From contig ML992511.1 in assembly GCA_010093995.1 (NCBI GenBank), positions 628,745 through 692,744 of the forward strand: a stretch of DNA of 64,000 bases, read 5' to 3'. Positions 47,691 to 61,322 of the stretch are shown in pieces (positions within the stretch are counted from its first letter, which is position 1; each line of letters opens with the position of its first letter). The notes under the pieces were generated by a model. The model was not told the DNA's origin and did not search any database. It was given only the letters and a program-made list of their open reading frames with translations. The position numbers and the translations under genes are program-made. This DNA comes from Elsinoe ampelina (Eukaryota).

Positions 47691-50600
47691 CGTCACGAAA
47701 TCCCTAACGCTAGGGAGCTACATTAGACTACTTCTAAGTAACTAACTTAGTTTAACTTAGTTTAATACAATCCCCTAGTTACCCCTAGGCCCTACTTAGA
47801 AGCAATATAGTTTTTCCCCGCAGAAATCTAAAAACCTCTAATACGTAGCAAATAGAGACGGCCTAATAGCAGATAGTGCACTACGTATATCTCTTATCTT
47901 AGTTTAAGCGTTTCTTAGTTCGCGAAGTAATTAGTTCGTGTCTACTCTATAAGCTTAATAATATCAATTATAGAAATATTCTATTACGTAGCTTACCTTA
48001 TAGTATATATTGTATATGTCTATATATTATATAGACCTTATAATTCGTTTACTACGTCTAGAAAATTATATAAGGTCGCTAGAATACATGTATTACTTTA
48101 CGTTCTACCTAACGCTACTCTTAATAATGATATATATACTATCTTCTTATAATTCTATATTCTTATCCCTTAGTTCTATAAAAGCATCTCTATCTAGCGG
48201 ATGTCTATCCTCCTTAATGTCTAAGATACTACTACTATGCTTTAGGCCGATTTAGTACTATAAGACTAGTTTACGTAGTAGGCCTCTAAACTTCTTACGT
48301 GTAAAGGATAAAAAGTTTATCTACGTCCGTGTACCTAAGAAATTCTTCTACTACGCCTTGACCGCTAGTAAATCGCTATTAAGTTGTCTATCTTAGGACA
48401 GTATAGTACGCGTATAATTAAGTAGCCCGGGTGAATGTCGCTATTAAGTCTATTAATCCTCGTATATACTAACTATAACCTAACTTAGTTTAGTAGTAGT
48501 TAAAGTTATAACAAGGTTACTATCTATATTAGGTATCTACGCTAGCTATACTTCTATTGTAGGAGTTACTATAGGGCGATTTAGTACTTCGCTCCTATAT
48601 ACGAACTAAGTAGTACCTTAATATGCTATAATAGGGCATTCGGCCTTAATTAGACACTCTTCTTGATCTATTAGTATTAAACTTAAGAAGCTAATAGAAG
48701 AATTAAGCTTACCTCTTAAAAGGTGCTTAGTAGAAGTATTTCGTACTAGTGCTGTATAATAGCTATTACCTCTACTATTAGGCCTGTTATTACATACCTA
48801 ACTTCTCTATAAGTTAGTTTAAAGTTAGGTAGGCCGAACTAAAACGAGAAGGTATATATATACCTTTCCCTTGTATCCTCTCTATCTAATAGTCCCTCTA
48901 TAGTGTTAGTATAAAGAGATATATTTAACACTACTACTATAATAGTAAGTCTATTTCTCTCGACGTACTTAGCAAAGCTAAGTTTTAGCTAACAAAGGAT
49001 AAGAACCTATCTCGGGCTAATCTACACTAGGAAGTTATTTTAAATACTTAGTTAGACATAATTAAGTTCTAAAGGTTTTATATGTTTAAATACTAGCGTT
49101 CCCTTAGGTAAGTAGGACTTAACCCCGTCTACTTACTTAACTAAGAGTATATAAATCGTTACTAGGAGAGAGAAAATAAGAAAGAGTATTAGTTTATTAA
49201 AGTAATAGCAAGTGCTAGCTATTATAGCTAAGCCTATATGTCTAATAAAGGCTACTCGGAAGGCTTTATATATTAAAGAACTCCTAAAGTATTTACGCTA
49301 CTATATGTAAGTAATTAATTAATAAGTATATCTAGCGCGTACTAAATTGCTATCCTTATATTAGTACTTTCTTTTCTCTAGTAGCCTACGTACCTAATTC
49401 GGTAGCTCGCTATTCTCTAGCCTCTTAGCTAGCTATTTGTAGTAGAGCATCTTACTTACTATTTATGTAATATTATTATAACTATAGCGGAGTGCCTCTC
49501 GGAGCTACACGTATGTTAATAAGTAATTAGCTTTAGCTACGTAACCTACCTTACTAGCTATAACTACAGAAGAGTATTTACCTATAGTTCTCTATAGATA
49601 AAGTACTAGTAGCCGGTTACGGACTAAGCGCTAGTACTGTGTAATTCGCGGGAGTAGCTATTAATCGTCTAATGTTAGTAATATTGTATTATAATCTACT
49701 CTAACGGCTGTACTTATATATAGATTATTACGTACTACCTCGAAAATGTCGAGATACTAGTTTAGTACGTTCTATTGCCTCTACTTTACTATCTTAACTA
49801 GCGTAGAGGCTAATATTAGACTATTCTCGTCGGGTTATAGCTCCCTTAAACTTGGATCGAGAGTAGTAATGTCTAATTTATACCTTCTCCTTTGTCTTCG
49901 ATGTTATATTTATAGCCTACGTAGTTAGCTTAGTCTCTCTTAATGCTAAAGCCTTACTCTACTTTATCCTAGTTAAAATAACCTAAATTGTCATCTTCGG
50001 AATACTTATTAGTCTTATAGTCTAAGCTATATAGGCACTAACGTGCCTAAGACATCTTAGTTTATAATAGTTCTAATAAAGAGGTATATAGGTGTAAGAG
50101 AGTTAGTAAGGCAGGCCGGAATAATATATACTATAAGAGGGATAGATAGTTATCTTATGTATGTTATAGTAATTTAGTATTAGTTTAAGTTAGATAACGG
50201 CTTAGTTAGGTATTTAGAGTGTATAACTTTCTTCTAATTAGAATTAGTTATATCTGCCTATACCCTAAAATAATCTTAACTAGTAAGGGTATTAAATTAG
50301 ACTTGTAGCTAGGTCTAACTCGCGGAGTGCTAATTGCTAGAAGCTAAACTAAAAAAGAAAGCTACTCGAACTTACTTAAACTAAATACTCGAACTAAATA
50401 TAGTATTTGTTATTAGGTTAAGTAATAATTAAAGTAGAAATACGTAGAGAGAAATTATAGATTAAACTTAGACTAAGCAATTATACACTAATTCGAAAGA
50501 CTATAGGAACTAGCTATTATATATATAGACAGGTAGTATAATTTATATAGTAGCTCCCTTATTAATTACGTTAGTAGTCCCCCCTTTACTAAGTAGTATA

Positions 50601-52466
50601 TCTTCTAAGTGCTAAAAGTATTAATTGCTTACTATCTCGCTATCTAGAGTGTCCGAATAAGATACGCTAGATAGAGTAGCTTATCTTCTACTAATTATAT
50701 TATAATAGAGAGCAGGCGTCGATTAGCTGTTAGTAACTATATATAGTAATAGTAGAGTAGTACTGTTAGTATAGCGTCGTGTACCCTTGTTTAATCCGAA
50801 TAAGCCCCTTAATACTCTACTAGTAAGGTCCGTAGAGGCGACGCTAAACGCGTAAAAAGCTTTACTAATATACTCCCTAAGTATATTATTCTCTTACTAG
50901 AGTTATCCGATTAAGCTTACGTTCTTCTTCGCTATTAATCGTAATTAGCCTACTTCCTACTAAATAAGTATAATGTCTTCCTCTAGGAGTTACTATCTAT
51001 TAAGCTATTTAGGCTACTAGGTCCTATGTCGCTTTTGCTAGCTACTAACGTAATTATACTCTTCTCCGTACATATATAGTAGAGAGCTTCTAATTTAAGC
51101 CTCTAGCTAGTTAGGGAGACTATTAGAAGACTATGCTTTAATACCTAAATAGATAAGAGAAGCCTATATACTTAATCCTATAGTCTAGATGTTAGCCGCT
51201 AGAGAAATAAGGTCGGTATAATCGATATCTATACTTAGGAGCCTAGCTAAAAGATACTAATAGACCTAACAGATTAATAGTAGAAGGATAGATAAGTAAT
51301 TTCAAAGGGCAATTTAGTTAAAAGGTAAGGAAGGATAAAGCGTAGTAAACGAACTAAAACTCTAGGGTTTAGTAGTAGATATAGCTTAGCGTAGATTGCC
51401 CTACTACTTTTTAGTTTAACTTAGTCTACTACTAGACTATTCTCCTTTATGCTTACTTTAGCTAGGTACTTTCCTTAATCTCGTTGCCTTATTAGGATAT
51501 AAAGAGGTAAACTATATAATATCTTAGACAAGATAATAGCCTTAAACTAGATAGTATTCTCTATTATAGCGAAATATAGCGTTCTATTGTCCTTTTAACC
51601 TATAACATTGCTTTGCTTATTGTATATATAGTAGTCTGTTATAATTAATATTACTCTTAGCTAATCAAACTTAATATCTATATTCTCCTTAGACACGGTA
51701 GTTGTAGCTTTATAACGTATAAGTAAAAGATCTCTAATCGAGTAGATAGGACGTATCTCTCTATCCTTACGAACTACTAATAGTATGTTGTCTAGTTAAT
51801 TAGAGAGTAAAGGCACTTATAATTACAATTAGCAATTCGAGGATTTATTCGAGGTAAGCGTATTAGCACTATTCTACGCTCCTCTAGGCTTATATAATCT
51901 TAAGTATAACTATACCTACTAACGTCTAAAATTAGTACTTATCTTATAGACAAGAGCATAGAAGGCAGCTTAACTGTCGCTACTCTCTAAGAGCTCTATT
52001 GTACGCCGAAACGTGCACCGAATATTATTACTATCTAGTGCTACTAGAAGTACCTTCTTCTCTAACTTTCTCCTATTAGAAATCGACCTAAATATTCTTC
52101 TAACTATACCTTTGCCTATTATAATATCCTCTAAGAGACTATATAAGTCTCTATAGCCTTTATTGTTAAGAGCAAGGGCTTACTTAATAGCTTTAATTAA
52201 GTATATTACTAGTTAATAAGAAGTAGATATAGGTATAGCTACGGAGGAGAGGAGAGAGGTAGAGGTAAGAGAGTAGCAGTATAGGTAGCAATTCGGTGTA
52301 AGTGTTGCTTACGATAGATAAGCCTTAGATCTTAGTTTACTTACGAGAGGGGCATGCTAGAATTATGCTTAGTTATAATTAATTAGCCTAAACTAATACT
52401 CGTAGAACTACAAAGTTCGATATGCTAAACTTTATCTTTTCTTAGTTTTGTCGTATACTTATTACG

Positions 52467-53266
52467 TAGCGACATAACTATATTATAAATACAATTCGTA
52501 ATAACGCCTTAGTTTGCGCCCTCCGCTTATACCGACCTAAACGTAGGTATTAGCGTCCCTAGTATAACCTTTTCTCTCCTCTCTATTCGACCTTAATAAT
52601 AGCTAGCTATCTATTATAGCAGATTCCCGCGCCTAGTATACTACAATTATTAATTGTTATATATACTATAGCAACTCTAATATTTACTCCTACCTCGCTG
52701 TTGCTACTACTTCTAATAGTATTCTCTATACTAGCTATATCGTGTTTATAGAATTAACTACTACTAGTACCTAGTAGTTACGCCGGAGTAAATCTATTAT
52801 AGTATACCTCTCTATCTTGCCTACTACGCCGCTATAGGCTTAAGGGTGCGTAAGGAGACTTCGATATCTCTTTCTCTCTCCCTACTACCGCTACTCTCTA
52901 TAGCTTCCTTTATACTAGCTATATATTATTAGTAGGATTAGCTACTATCTCTACCTAGTAGCTACGACTAAGTAAATCTATCGCGGAGTATCTCCCGATC
53001 TTATAGATAGCGCTACTAGGGGTTCTAGCATACGTAAAGAGAGTAGAGGAGCTAGCGTCTACTAGGAATTACCTGCCTTATAGTATAAGAATATTAAGGG
53101 GAGAATTACGGAGGAATAACTAGTATAATAAAGAGAAAGAGACAGAGGTATATCGTAGGCAAAGATACATCTACTACCTCCTACTAGATAGTAGCTTACT
53201 ATAGAGAGCGTCGTAGGCGGAGCTATATTAGTAGTATTCTCTTTTATAATTGCTTTTATAGCAGGG
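52467..53266 (+). repeat. ~800-bp direct repeat, copy 1 (copy 2 at 59640-60438)
   Basis: Colinear, nearly gap-free match at an offset of ~7173 bp; differences are mostly transitions. Confidence 0.95.
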
Positions 53267-54076
53267 TTTTGTTATTAGTAGTGCTTTGTTATAACTTTCT
53301 TACGTTAGTAATATACTTCTTTCTACGTAGATTGTATATCTATTACTTTAATCTCCCTCCTCTAACTAGTAAATAAAATCTCCTTATCTAATATATATAA
53401 GTATACTATATATCTTTCTTTATTCCTTGTTATTTGTCTTATCTCCTATCTACTATAAAGACATTAAGGTTGTTACTTTACACAATAATGCTCTTTGTTA
53501 AATAGTTCGCTAGCTGTTTAAAGTATATATAACTTTATATATAGTACTAATATATAAGTGTTTAGTATAGTTAATTACTTCGACACTAATTTTCTGTAAT
53601 AATTAGCACTTATAACATTCTCTAATAGCTATGTTTTGTTTGCTTACCTAATTTACACCCTATAATATTTGTTAGTAGTAAACTAACTTATTTACTTTTA
53701 GTTCTAGTATCGACCTAATATTAGTAATTATTACGTGTTACTATTAGCACGTACGAAATATAGACTTAGTTAACTTAGTTTACTTTTAGGTCGAGGCCTA
53801 AACTAGATCTTAGTTATAAGTGTACTACTTACTTTAGTATATTATCTTAAATACAAATTTTATTATATTTAAGAAGTTACTACCTACTTTCTATATAGTA
53901 TTTTAATATTATACTAGGTAGTAGGTATTTATAATTACTACTGTTTACTCTATAGTACTTAACTTACTACGCTTAGTTCCTAGCTATATAATCTTAACTC
54001 CTCTAACCTTACCTGCCTTATATAACGCCTTTACTAGTAGACATTCTTATACTTATTAAATATATATAATAGCACT

Positions 54077-55402
54077 ATACTGCCGAAGATAAAGAAGCTA
54101 AAGGTCGCTACTAAACCTATAGAAAAGATTCTACTTAATAACCTTATACTAGCTCTTGTTAAGAATACGCTTTATAATAATAATATTAGTAAGAAATCTA
54201 TCTAATTCTTCTTTAATTAGGATAACTAGTAATACTCTACTACATTTACGAGGATAAAGAAAATAATCTTAAAAGTCTTTATAGAATCTAATATTAAAAT
54301 TAAGAAACAAGACAGAAGCGAGTTATATAATCCTAAGGTGCTTAAAGCATATCTTAAAATTGAAACTAGACTACTAAATAGCATACCTAACAATTTCTAG
54401 CTCTTTGTTAACCGACTAGATCGGAAAGATCTAGACTAGTTTAAGGAGAACTTACGGACTATAGTTAATATTAATAAGATAAAAGCTATATAGCGATTAT
54501 TCCGAAATACTATATAATTAATAAGGGCAAATCTCCTATTAGTTAAAAGGGAAAGAATAACGTTACTAGGTAAAGAAGGCACCTAGAGTCTATATCCTTT
54601 AGCTACCTCGTCCGTATAGACACTAATGCTCTTCTAAGTAAGAACACCATCCTCGGAGAGATATATAACTTGTGTAAAGACAGGTAATAAGAGATTAGAT
54701 TTGTATATATAGCCTCGTTATAGAATGTTTAGCTTTAACTAGGGGCTAGTGTCTAATTATGTCTAGATTAACATTAAATTCGCTACGATCTAGATTATAG
54801 AGATTATTAAAGCAGATACTATTCCGTATCTAATATTAAGAAAGAACATCCGCGTCTATGACTTAAGAAAGCCTAGTACTAGCAAGGACAAGAATTGTTG
54901 TGTTAATTACTATATCGGTAAGCTTAGGTAGATTCTTAACATTAGAGATAATTACCTCTAACTCTACTAGCTTAACATATATAACTCCGCATAAGTCTTC
55001 GCTATTAAAGACTCTTTCGATCTAGACGCCGCTATTACTAAGTATGTTATAACTCTTATCCCCGGTGCCTATAAGATCTTTCTCTATCTTACTTCTTCTA
55101 TAGTATCTATTAAAGATCTTCTCGACTTTATATAAAGTAAGTTTACCCCTTTCCTATTTATCTATGTATACTAACACTTATAGACAACCCTTATTAATAT
55201 TATAGTGGCTAGCAACTACTTCCTTTAGCCGAGGTTACTATAGAAGAAAACTCGGAAGTGTTTCTTACTCCTAAGAAGCTTTGCTTTATAGATATTAATA
55301 CTAACAAGAAGCGTAAAGGAGATTAGTAGAAAGAGAATATTATAATATAGAACATTTAATACCCGCAATAGCGACTAAACCGCTAAAGGCAAGAGCGGTA
55401 AT
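54077..55402 (+). pseudogene. RIP-destroyed gene A of unknown family, paralogue of the N-terminal part of gene B
   Basis: One reading frame from ATA (ex-ATG) 54077, an intact-looking 47-nt intron 55137-55183 (GTAAGT...CTAAC...TAG), and colinear peptide similarity to the 61.3-62.5 kb frame. The end point is approximate. Confidence 0.75.
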
Positions 55403-58400
55403 ACTACTATATTTTATTTGCTATTATGTTATTTATAAAACTGTTTAGTTCTTAACTAATAAAGTTTTATTTAGCTCGTTCTGCCCCTAAGAGCCTATAG
55501 CCCCTATAAATCCTGCGATTTCCGTTATTATTATTAGAAGTAAACTTACTTAATAGTTCTATAACTATAGCTAGACGGATTTCAACTAACCTAGCAACTT
55601 AGTTCGGAGTGTAGTTTTACTTTATATAGTTTTAGAAGAATATAGCTCCTTCTCCCCTACTAGAAGAACATAGCCTATTTAGACTATAGTATATACTACT
55701 AAGGCGCTATTTATATTTCTACTACTTTAATAGCTTAAAGAATATTATATAAGCTACTATATACCTAAGGCCGGCTATCTATCTAGATAAATACGATCTC
55801 TCGGAGCTCTCTAATACCTCTTCTAAGTTTCACTTTATTACTAGTAACTTCCTATAGCCCGCCTAGTACGCTATAACGTATTATAGTAAAGAGAGCAAGT
55901 CCGAGAAGATAATAACTTACTTCTACTAACACAAGATTAACATCGGTATTAAAAAAGTAATATGTTCTTAATATTATTAACAATAGAAACGAAGTAATGC
56001 CACTATAGATACAATAGACTAGAGCGTTTAATAATAAGTAAAACAAGTTAGCGAGATAGGATCTTATCCCCTATTATAGTAGAAGCAATAGTATAAGTTT
56101 TAGTTCTATACCGAACTTAGAGTTAACTAAATTAAATAAGAATAGTATAGTGCTATAAAGAAGCGCGTAGGTGTTACTACTAACATAGTTATTAGGCTTT
56201 ACTCTTATATACTAGCAAGGTTTATACGTAGTATACTTAGAAGTTAATAAAGAATTCCCGCCGACTATTATTAGTTCTAGCTACTACCTCCTAACAAATA
56301 GCAAAGATACTTTAGGTCAGGTTACGCCTCTTAACTAAGTATAAACTTAAGTTAGTTTAGTTAGCCTAAAACTAGAGACAAACTTATTTTATATTAGGGC
56401 GGATAAGTTCTTTAAGGGAACACTATAACACCTAGCTATCTTATACCTCTCCTTGTTAGGCAATTGCTACTTAGTATTAGCATAGCTCTACCGACTATAT
56501 ACGTAGGTTTAGTATTAAGCTTAATATTTAATATAAGGTTAATTACACCGAGAGAAAGGGATTAGATACCTACTACTTAACGAAGGTAGCTTTGACATAG
56601 TAGAGCTAGTCTCTATCTATAGGCAGTAAAGACGTACCTATTATAAAGAATAAGAGAGGATAAACTAGACACGATTTAACTTAATATTACTATATAATAT
56701 AATAAGAGGTAGCTCTCCGCCTATACAAAGGTAATATAAGAATAGTTAAAGCCTATCGTAGCTCTCTTTTCGTAAATATAATAGTTACTTCTTGTTTCTA
56801 GTTCGAAATCTTCGTATTAGTCCTTATATAGATAGCTAGACTTCTATTTATTCCTCTTAACATGTATCTTGACCTAATTATAAAACATTTAGTAGCTACG
56901 CTTGCTTTTATGTCTTATTAGGTTTAAGATATTTCTAACTAGGACTCTAAAGTTTTAATCGAGGATAGATATCTTATTTCTTTAGCGGCACTATATATAT
57001 AAATCGCTTCGCGCATAGGGGAGTATACCTTAACTACGATTATAGAGACGCTATATAGGAGAGAGTAGTATAGAATAATATCTATATTTAATAAGTAAAA
57101 GGAACCTAGAGGTAATTATACTAGATGTTATTACAAGCTTGCTTTATTTACTCCGCCGCCTCGCTAGTATAGAAAGAGTAATAACATTAACTAATATTAT
57201 AGCAGGGGCTATAAATACTTCTTAGACTTTATACCTCGAGCTAAAGTAGTAGATAAGCATATAGCTAGCGCTACGCTAGATTAGAAATATAGGGCCTTTA
57301 TGTTATTATTCCTAAGATTATAGAATAGAAAGCCTATAGTTAGAAAACTAAGAGGTAGTAAGGGATTATTCGTGTATATAACTCTATAGCGCTAGCAGTA
57401 GCTATAGTAGTTAGTTCGACTTAGTTAGTCTAGTTCGGTTGTTACTAATAAGAGAGCTACATCTACAATAACTTAAGAGAATCCCGAATAGCTAAGCTAT
57501 CGGAATTAGTAAAGGTACTAAAGTTATCGTTGTTAATTATAGAGAGAAGTCTATAGTAAGCTACGTAGGTATTATTAGAGTAGCTATATCGAAGTAAACT
57601 TACTTCGAGAAGGCTACGCTAGTTAGTTTATAACTAGGAATAGCGTATAGTTCTATAACAAGTAGAGTACTAGTGCTTCTACCTTAATAGTGTAACTTCG
57701 CTTAACACAAAGTTAGTGTGTAGATCTAATTATTATAGTAGACTTCCGATAGTGCCTTAGAGAATATAATATTCGCTAGCGTAGATATAATAACAGCGTT
57801 TATGCTTAAGCTAACTATACTATCCTATCGGCTAAAGAAGTAAGTTAACTATAGCTACGATACACTAACGATAATATAGAAGGTTATATAAGACAATATA
57901 GCAAAGCAAACGAACTAAAAGCGTAGTTGTTTAAACTAATAGAGGAGTAATAGTAAATTATTAGTTTATCCTTGTTAAGATTGGTTAAGGGAACACTTAC
58001 AATTTTCACCTAAAAAGCGCTAGTTTTAGTTTAGCGAACTAATTAACTACCCCTAATAGATTAACTATAGGTATAAACGACCTAATGTTATACAGCCGAG
58101 GCGTCTTTATATACCGCTATTACTATTTTTTTGTAGAGGCTATTTATAACTAACTTATTACAATACTAGTAACAAGTCGAGACACGAGATAGTAAGAGCT
58201 ATAAATTGTTTACTAGCTGAAATTATTATGCCTAGGCGGCACTCTCTATTTTATAATTGCTATAAAAGCCTCTACTAAGAACAATAGCGCGACAATAGCT
58301 AATTAAGTATAGTATTTAACATTGTTCTTAAGCGAGAGATAGCTAATAAACTCTATCGCCTAGATATATTAGAGCAAACTCTGTCTCGATGTGTCTAGTA

Positions 58401-59323
58401 CTATAGCGTAGATATAATTTTAGCTTTAGTCCGCCGACGCTATACAATAGCTTAGTCCTATTAGCTCTACTACGAATTACGGTAAATAAGAACCGAACTA
58501 AGTAACGAGGTAGAAACGATAGCCTATAGCTAGCGTTAGGTGTCCTTCCCCCTTTGCCTACTATATAGTATAGTATAGTAGATAATTCTCTTAGTCTCTT
58601 TACTAACCTCGACCCTCGACCTCTAGCATATAGAACAGATAGTAATAGTAATAGTAGGCTCGATAGTGACATATATAAGGAAGAGAAGAGCATAGACAAG
58701 GTTATAATAGAAGGCACGCACGAGAAAGAGTAAGTAATTACAGTAAGTATAACTAGTAGCACGTCTATAGGGCGGAGTACTAGGAGGTTGTTCTTATCTA
58801 GTAGAGCTATATCTAATTATACTACGTTCGAGATAGTAACTAGTATACTAGCTAGTAGCGAGGAGTTAGTAATAGACATAGTTTATCCTTAGTTTACATT
58901 AACTAATCTTGTCTAGATCTCCCTAAGTCTATAATATATCCTTCGCCCCGAGCGATTAATAAGATATAGCTTAGCTAGGGACCCTTAGCTCGGCGCTCTA
59001 ACGTTTAATAAAAGGCAAGCTACTAACTTAGATAAATAATTTTAATTCGAGTTAGGTCGTCGTAGTAGAAGTGCCTTCTAGTAGAATACACTTGCCGTAG
59101 ACTACTAGCCTCTATATAATGTTCTAACAAATCTACTTCTACCTACGTAAGGGTACTAAAGATATGTCTAAGTTACATACGCGAAGGCTATAGTAGTCTA
59201 ACTAATAGTAAAATAGTATTTACTAGTAGGAAGCTTACTCGGCTTAAATTTAGTAGTATAAATCGTTGCTTTACTCTATCTCTAGCATGTTATATATAGC
59301 AGTAGTAGAGGGCGGCCGGTAGA

Positions 59324-59512
59324 GGACAGCTAGTAGTTTATTACGTCGAACTAACAATTTCTTAGTTCTCTCTCTCGAAGTTTAAAGATGATCTAAAATT
59401 TCGACCTAACTATAGCTAGTAGGGGATAGCTAGTAGTTTATTACGTCGAACTAACAATTTCTTAGTCCTCTCTCTCGAAGTTTAAGGATGACCTAAAATT
59501 TCGACCTAACTA
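59324..59512 (+). repeat. Tandem duplication, 89-bp unit with 100-bp period
   Basis: GGA(C/T)AGCTAGTAGTTTATTACGTCGAACTAACAATTTCTTAGT...AAATTTCGACCTAACTA at 59324-59412 and 59424-59512; about 4 transitions. Confidence 0.95.
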
Positions 59513-59639
59513 GATTAAGTACTCCTCGGAACTCAATTATATAATGCTATCTAATTATGTTCTTCTCTAAAGTTAAGTATTGTATGTTTAGAGACTTATA
59601 ATCTTTATAACATTATAAACGCGTTACAAACCCTGTTTA

Positions 59640-60438
59640 TAGCGATATAACTATATCGTAGACACGATTTACTATAACGCCTTAGTTCGCGCTCTCTACT
59701 TATACTAACCTAAATATAGATATTAGCGTCCCTAGTATAACCTTTTCTCTCCTCTCTATTTAACCTTAATAATAGCTAGCTATCTATTATAGCGGATCCC
59801 CTGCCTAGTATACTATAATTATCTATTACTATATATACGATAGCGACTCTAATATTTACTCCTATATCGCTATCGCTACTACTTCTAATAGTATCCTCTA
59901 TACTAGCTATATCGTATTTGTAGAATTAACTACCGCTAGTACCTAGTAGTTACGCCGGAGTAAATCTATTATAGTATACCTCTCTATCTTGCCTACTACG
60001 CCGCTATAGGCTTAAGGGTGTATAAGGAGACTTCGATACCTCTTTCTCTCTCTCCGCTACTACTACCCTCTATAGCTTTCTTTACACTAGCTACGTATTA
60101 TTAGTAGGACTAGCTACTATCTCTACCTAGTAGCTACGACTAAGCGAATCTATTACGGAGCATCTCCTAATCTTATAGATAGCGCTACTAGGGGTTCTAG
60201 CGTATGTAAAGAGAGTAGAGAAGCTAGCGTCTACCAGGAATTACCTACCTTATAGTATAAGGATATTAAGGGGAGGATTATAGAGGAATAACTAGTATAA
60301 CAAAGAGAAAGAGATAGAGGAATATCGCGGGCAAAGATACGTCTACTACCTTCTACTAGATAGTAGCTTACTATAGAGAGCATTGTAGGCGGAGCTATAC
60401 TAGTAGTATCCTCTCTTACTATTACCTTCCTAGTAGGG
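59640..60438 (+). repeat. ~800-bp direct repeat, copy 2
   Basis: Matches 52467-53266. Confidence 0.95.
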
Positions 60439-61322
60439 CTAGGCGAGGAATAAAGCGCATTTATAATTATGTAGAATGTACTATTAACTGCCTATTCCGC
60501 GGAATGTATAGCCTTTACTCTACCCTACTACTCGATTCTATATATAGCAATTATAAAGTCTAAATAATTAGATAGTAGTATATTACTTTCTTTATTCCTT
60601 TACTAGTATCTATAAGCTATACTATACGCTATATATACTATGCCCTTTATTCCGCTATAGGCTACTAACTACCTTCTATTTATATTCTATTGCTATTGTC
60701 CTTTATATACGAATACTAGTTTCGCTATTAAAATATTATTTAATTATTTTACATTAACTACTACTATATTCTCTCTATTTATTAGACTATTATCCCTTAA
60801 GATCTACCCTAAACACGACAATAGTATCCTTAGTGTATACGGCATATAAAATAAAAGGTAACTAAGTATATAGACTATAGTTACTCTTAGTTTAGTATCT
60901 AAACTAAGTAATCTACTATTACATGTATACTGTATCTAGTATACTACTACGTGCTTAGTTTAGGGCCTAACCTAAGTCGACTAAATTTAGGTTACTTCTC
61001 TCTTTAATTGCTTTAGTTTACCTTTATTTATACTCTCTTATATATAAACAAATAACTTATATAGCTCTCTAGTATTTCTTTAACCTCTTTAACCTCTCTT
61101 TTAAGCGCTCTTTACTTAAATATCTCCTCTTTAGTTAAGTCTTAGTTAGGCATATATTATAAAGTACATAGACTTGCTATGTTAATAAATCCTCTCTTTA
61201 ATTCTTCTAAACTTATAAATACGTAACACCTTTATAGAATCTCTTCTTTAATATCTACTATACCTACTTAACCTATTTACTAGATATTATTCTAAGCTTT
61301 ATTTATAGCATATACTAAGCTT

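Noticed and set aside
48010..58762. Hydrophobic ORFs at 48010, 55852 and 58343
   Set aside because: Leu/Ile/Tyr-rich chance frames typical of RIP-degraded DNA.
52467..60438. The two 800-bp repeats as LTRs of a ~8-kb retrotransposon
   Set aside because: No TG...CA (or RIP-converted) inverted termini, PBS/PPT or gag-pol motifs recognised; the edges fade gradually and each copy precedes a paralogous gene.
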